Shown: positions 62,301-64,000 of the stretch, one piece after another
Layout: each line of letters starts with the position of its first letter
Numbering within the stretch: position 1 is the first letter of the stretch
Assembly (NCBI GenBank): GCA_002269645.1
Contig: NIVC01000412.1
Location: 124,001 to 188,000 of the forward strand
Length of the DNA stretch: 64,000 nt
Reading direction: 5' to 3'
DNA from: Macrostomum lignano
Taxonomy: Eukaryota
Program-made: the position numbers and the translations under genes
Notes under the pieces: generated by a model
Database searches by the model: none
The model's input: the letters and a program-made list of their open reading frames with translations, nothing else
Told to the model about the DNA's origin: nothing

Positions 62301-64000
62301 AATTACAGCTGATTGAGCCTCGACACGACCCCCACACGGCACTTTGGACAGGTCCTGTTCTCGTTGAGGATCCTTGGTCTCGCAGTCCTCATTGTTTTGC
62401 CGGAATTTTACGGTTTGCTAATCTAAACTCTGACTAGATGTGCTTGAATTCTGGATTGGAAATTTCTAGGACATAATTTTCGGCTGAGTAGTACCATTTA
62501 AGGCTAGTAGTAAGTAGTACTTGCTTTGTGTGTTCTGAATGATTTTTCTACTCGTCCCTGTTGACAGTTTTGCATTATTTTGCGAATTCATCTTAGTTGT
62601 GATGCCAACCTCAGTGTAAACTGCTCTGAGCAGGCGCCATATCTGTCAGTATTTTGGCGATCCTCCCGATTCGGTAAAGGCGGTAGAATTTCCATAGAAA
62701 AACAGACACTCACTTCCTTCCGCGTAGTCCATGCCGTTAATCGAGCACCGTTTGAGCACCATCTCATTTTCGGTGAGGGTGCCCGTCTTGTCGCAGAACA
62801 CGTATTGAATCTGTCCCAGGTCCTCCGTGATGTTCCACGCCTTGCACTCGGCCATGGTTTTGCGGACCGGATCGTACAGCTGCATGTCGTGCTCAATGTA
62901 CATGATTTGGCCCATTTTGACAAACTCAATGGTCAGGTAGAGACCCAGAGGGATCATGGCCTGCAAATGAGTTTTTGGGTTGTTATTGACGTCATTTGGG
63001 TATAAATAAGTTCAACTGCGTTCGAATAGCGACCTCTCTCAAGTCTCACCTGGTAGATGATCACGTAGGTCCAGAAGTTTATGAAGGCCTGCATCGCAGG
63101 TGACGACGAGGAGTCGCCGTCTACCAAAGCCAGAAAAATCACCGCCGATGGGTTCGAAAATGAGGCAGTCCAAATTCCGTTGGCTGAGTTTAAAAAATAT
63201 ATTTGCGTTACATGTCTGGTTTTGATATTTTGACAAAAGACGGAACTCTGTGCAAATTCGTTTTGAAAGCATGGTCAGCTGAAGCAGAAGAACGCTGCAC
63301 AATGCGTTGGCGAGATAGGAAGCTTCAGGCAAAGTTTCTTCGTTTCCGTGTTTCTGTGACCCACGACATTCATTTGTGGCTTGTGGGAGTTGTCGTGTGA
63401 TTAACACCCACGAGGACCAGCCCCCAAGGCACTGAGACTGTACATGCCTGATGATTACAAAGTCGGTGCTGCTCGTGGGACAATCCCACCGAAGGCGTCG
63501 CCCCAGTGTTCGCAACCTTTGTCGGAATATTTTATTTTAGTAATCGCCCTATTCTTTCCGCTCTCCAATATAATTTTTTGCGACAAAGCTATCAATCAAT
63601 GTCGGAAGATACTCATACCAGTACCTGTCCAGCACTTGCTCAGAAATCTGGTGAGTGAGTGAGAAGGTGAATGAGTGTAGAGAGCGTGAAATTAGAGCGA
63701 ATTAGAAGTTTTCTATATTACGAATTTGTTTTGAAGCGAAAATCGGCCTCCAGAAAAAACTTGCACGAGTTGCAAGACCAGCCTTTCTGCTTCAGCTGTC
63801 CATGTAATTAAATCCTGGTCAAGAAACTAAAATTTTTCTTGGTCCTCTTACACAATTAAGTGTTGCTTTTTAACCATAAATACTCACCAATCGCTCCACA
63901 GAAGCACATTATGAACAGCAGAACAATGCACCACACGACGCTATTATTGATCTGCTGCTCCAGCTTGCTTCTCTTGAACCTGGCCCCCTGATTGTTGAGC
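56331..64000 (-). CDS. P4-type phospholipid-flipping ATPase, ATP10-like; 5' part lies outside the window
   Basis: Exons >64000-63888, 63183-63050, 62960-62714, ~61920-61139, 60641-60310, 59591-59288, 58792-58400, 57923-57483, 56977-56331. Motifs [81 protein letters not shown]. Confidence 0.93.
58000..58310 (-). mobile_element. Putative SINE family B copy
   Basis: GGCTCGATTCC, then CCCCAAGGCACAG..TACATG.CT.A.AA..AAAGTTAGGGCTGCTGTACAC..GACTGCGTACGTATCC, matching 60820-61005. Confidence 0.55.
59790..60255. repeat. 47-bp minisatellite in ATPase intron
   Basis: Unit CCTTGAGATCACGACCAAAGGGAATGCCCCATGTTAGAAGTCTCTGT. Confidence 0.95.
60820..61005 (-). mobile_element. tRNA-derived SINE family B copy
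   Basis: TAGCTTAACGG (A box) and GGTTCGATGGCC (B box), then a body shared with 58000-58310. Confidence 0.6.

Noticed and set aside
63618-63647. Possible small ATPase exon (CAG|ATTTCTGAG...)
   Set aside because: It introduces an in-frame TGA in the required phase, and the flanking exons join cleanly without it.

Overview
Eukaryotic (metazoan) genomic DNA. GC-rich, poly-Ala/Gln/Gly-rich exons, minisatellite-filled introns and splice acceptors just upstream of start codons resemble a Macrostomum-type flatworm (inference only). Genes: a 4-exon orphan gene, a deoxynucleoside kinase, a short orphan and RPL17 (all minus strand, 0.6-10.5 kb); an intronless hnRNP-C-RRM/BCL11-type zinc-finger gene (18.7-20.0 kb); a complete 19-exon plexin (21.5-44.9 kb, about 2193 aa); a disordered-protein gene (48.8-54.1 kb); and the 3' part of an ATP10-like P4-ATPase (minus strand, 56.3-64 kb). 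There are more than 25 tandem arrays, two SINE families, MITEs, a Mutator/foldback element, and mariner and piggyBac relics. The strongest unusual signal is a ~7-kb block (10.6-17.7 kb) that is almost free of CpG and full of TpA, CTAG and TAGGCCTA. Transposon relics in it show C-to-T changes at CpG and also at CpA/TpG, like fungal repeat-induced point mutation (RIP). The signal ends abruptly inside a piggyBac relic, and the same CA>TA/TG>TA bias recurs among minisatellite unit variants across the window. All coordinates and counts were made by eye.
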